A DNA stretch of 64,000 bases from Chromera velia (taxonomy: Eukaryota), in contig JAHBMJ010000079.1 of assembly GCA_018398765.1 (NCBI GenBank), positions 1 through 64,000 on the forward strand, in the 5' to 3' direction. Position numbers and translations under genes: made by a program. The number at the start of each line of letters is the position of its first letter. Positions within the stretch are counted from its first letter, which is position 1. This document shows, piece after piece, positions 61,812-64,000 of this stretch. The notes beneath the pieces are model-generated. The model had not been told where the DNA came from. It did not search any database and was given only the letters and a program-made list of their open reading frames with translations.

Positions 61812-63623
61812 ATGTCTGCCAAGGAGGTCAAGATCACCTGGACCTCCGAGAGGCCACCTTCACGGTCTGACTACAAAAGCATACAGTAGTATGCCAAACT
61901 TCTTAGACTGTGGGTGAACTCCATTGCTTCCCTGTCCAGTTTGTCAAACATCGGACCATCACTTTGTATTCTCTTTCTTGACATAGACAGTGCTTTGTAT
62001 TCAGTTATCGAAATTAAAGATACTTGCCGATGCTACCAAGCGAGCTCCTGTGAAAGCGTCCGGAGATACTAATGAAGCGCACCTCACTAAGATGAGGAAG
62101 TGGGCGACTGAGACTTACGTGGATGTCATTGAGAGCATTGACAAGAAGATTAATGGAGACCGAGAATATGAGCTTCTAGCTGATGCCCTCTGGTTTCTTT
62201 TTGTCTTTGCGTCAAAGAACTCTTTGTCTCTTTGCGAGTCGATGAACGCCTTCTCTGCTATCAATGATGTCGCTTCTTCGGACAGGGTAGGCCTAAAGTT
62301 TTCTGACAGACTTCTTGGCATCCGCTTCTGGAAGTGTGTTCCTGATAACATTCGGAAGCTTGCTGCATCTTAGGGCACCAAACAGGTAGACGGGAAGGAT
62401 AGGCTGGTGAGATCCTCTTTCACCTTCCAGAAAGAGTTCATTGCAGACATTCTGGGTAGGTTCGATTCAGTGGATCGGATCAACCGAAACGTTTGGATTC
62501 CCTCTGTAACCTTCGGTGTGCTCTCTGTCTCCAACGGGACCACCACAAAGACCTTCACCGTGCCGACCTCCCCCAATATCTCCATGCTCAACGGACTGGA
62601 GGCAGCCATTATGGAGATGGTCTGTCTGCTCGACACTACCCAGTTGAACCTCCATCAGGTGTTGGAAGAGACCGTCTACAAGTTGAAGAACTTTTCCAAG
62701 AAGTACAGGGGATGGCAGATCAACAAGGACAAGAAGAAGGGAAGGTATTGGGTAGGATTCCAAGGAGACCGTCAGAGGGGCGGGGGGCAGATGAGCTCCT
62801 CTTCTTCCTCTGATGGCTCTGGTTTTCAGCAGCGAAAGGGGGGAAGTCTTTCTCTTCTGCTCGCTTTGCTGAGGCTGTTGCGGATACCTACCTGAAGATG
62901 ACTGGGGGGAAGGAGAACAAGAAGGGCAAAAAGAAGAAGCACTCACAGCAGCGTGTCCGACGTGCACATACAGGAGATAGAGATACTGAGGATGACGAAA
63001 AAGAGGAGGACGAGGACGGGACTGTTGAGGATTTGCAGGCTGCTGACTTCGACAAAGAGCAGTTCATCGCCAGGTTCTCTCACTACATCGAACTCGGTGA
63101 GAGAGACTCAAATAGGTTCAATACCTTTTACGAACGCGCATGGATGGCCTTCGTTCTCTCCAAGGATTCTGGAGAGGAGGTTATTTTCCGCCTGAACACT
63201 GATAACGGCATCAAGCTCTACATGGACACTGAGTGTTCCTTCTCTCTCTTTCCTCTCTCAGAGGTTTCTGAGTGTATTGTGTACCGATGGCCTCATCGGT
63301 CCGTGTACACGGAGGCCTTTGGGGTAAGAGAAGGGAGAGGCGTGATCTGCAACGAGAGAGCGATCATCAAGGTTTGGATTTCACTGGCTGTGGGTCACTA
63401 GGTGGGTCATGAGTCTATAGTTCGTCTCGTCGGGAATCTCATTGACCACCCTGGGGCCAAATACGTGCTCTTGTCGACTCCACAGATCTGTCGTTTGTCT
63501 GGGTATACGGCAATTGTGACTTCCAACAGAGACATCGTGAAGGCCAAGCTCATGAGCGCTTCTCTGAGCGCAGACTTTCCTTTCACGACTTTCGTTCTTG
63601 CGCAAAAGGTCAGTGGGTTCTGA
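61812..63623 (+). pseudogene. Degenerate gag-like + retropepsin-like polyprotein
   Basis: Chain of ORFs broken by TAG stops (~61887, 62371, 63399) and frameshifts. LYMDTECSFSLFP resembles DTG-type aspartic protease (GGG>GAG), with downstream YVLLSTPQI. No RT within the window. Confidence 0.5.
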
Positions 63624-64000
63624 ATAGAACTGAGGGGACTTCGAGTGCCGTAACTTTTATGCTTTCTCTAAATGCTAAGTCAGCCGATTTGTGAATACCC
63701 TTTGAACCACAATGGAGCCAGCAATGGGTGGTGGGATGAATATATGTAAGGGCTGGAGCGAATCAAGAAAGGCAGAACTTCGTCTGAATAGAATTACCGC
63801 TGCATTCACTTTGTTTTTTTGGACTCTCTCTTCTCACATTCATACAGGTCCCTTCTCGCATCGATCGTGCTGCTGCTGCGTGTACACGTCAAGGCCCGGA
63901 CACCTCTGGTCCATTTCTACTTGATGCAACTCATGTGCCTGTGTCTGTACGAAACTCTATCCTCATGCAGCATTACAGACACATCCATCCCTCTCTTTCT

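Noticed and set aside
62371..63401. Programmed stop-codon readthrough or alternative genetic code at in-frame TAGs
   Set aside because: Host genes end at standard stops, and these TAGs co-occur with frameshifts, so mutation is the simpler explanation

Overview
Eukaryotic, intron-rich genomic DNA. GT-AG introns full of (GT)n/(CT)n, very low-complexity proteins and abundant TGCATGCA motifs suggest a chromerid-type alveolate such as Chromera (inference, not established). Host genes: a >13 kb multi-exon Kelch-BTB-BACK gene, a Cys-rich RRL-motif protein with a hexapeptide repeat, a PAN/apple-like secreted protein, an intronless signal-peptide-bearing calpain (peptidase C2) and several hypothetical proteins. 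Much of the rest is nested transposons whose ends and target-site duplications (TSDs) can be read directly. These are a Helitron2/Helentron-like short element (4 copies), a non-autonomous LTR element, two nested hAT-like elements, several TACCC...GGGTA TIR elements, a degenerate chromodomain-bearing Gypsy element whose 3' LTR is split by a 6.4 kb insertion, and a gag-protease pseudogene. Most notable: (i) a 1.36 kb TIR element whose only cargo is a predicted SLX1-like GIY-YIG + PHD-finger ORF rather than a transposase; (ii) a near-pure C>T/G>A decay signature in repeats, reminiscent of RIP or methylation-driven deamination; (iii) an apparently secreted calpain.
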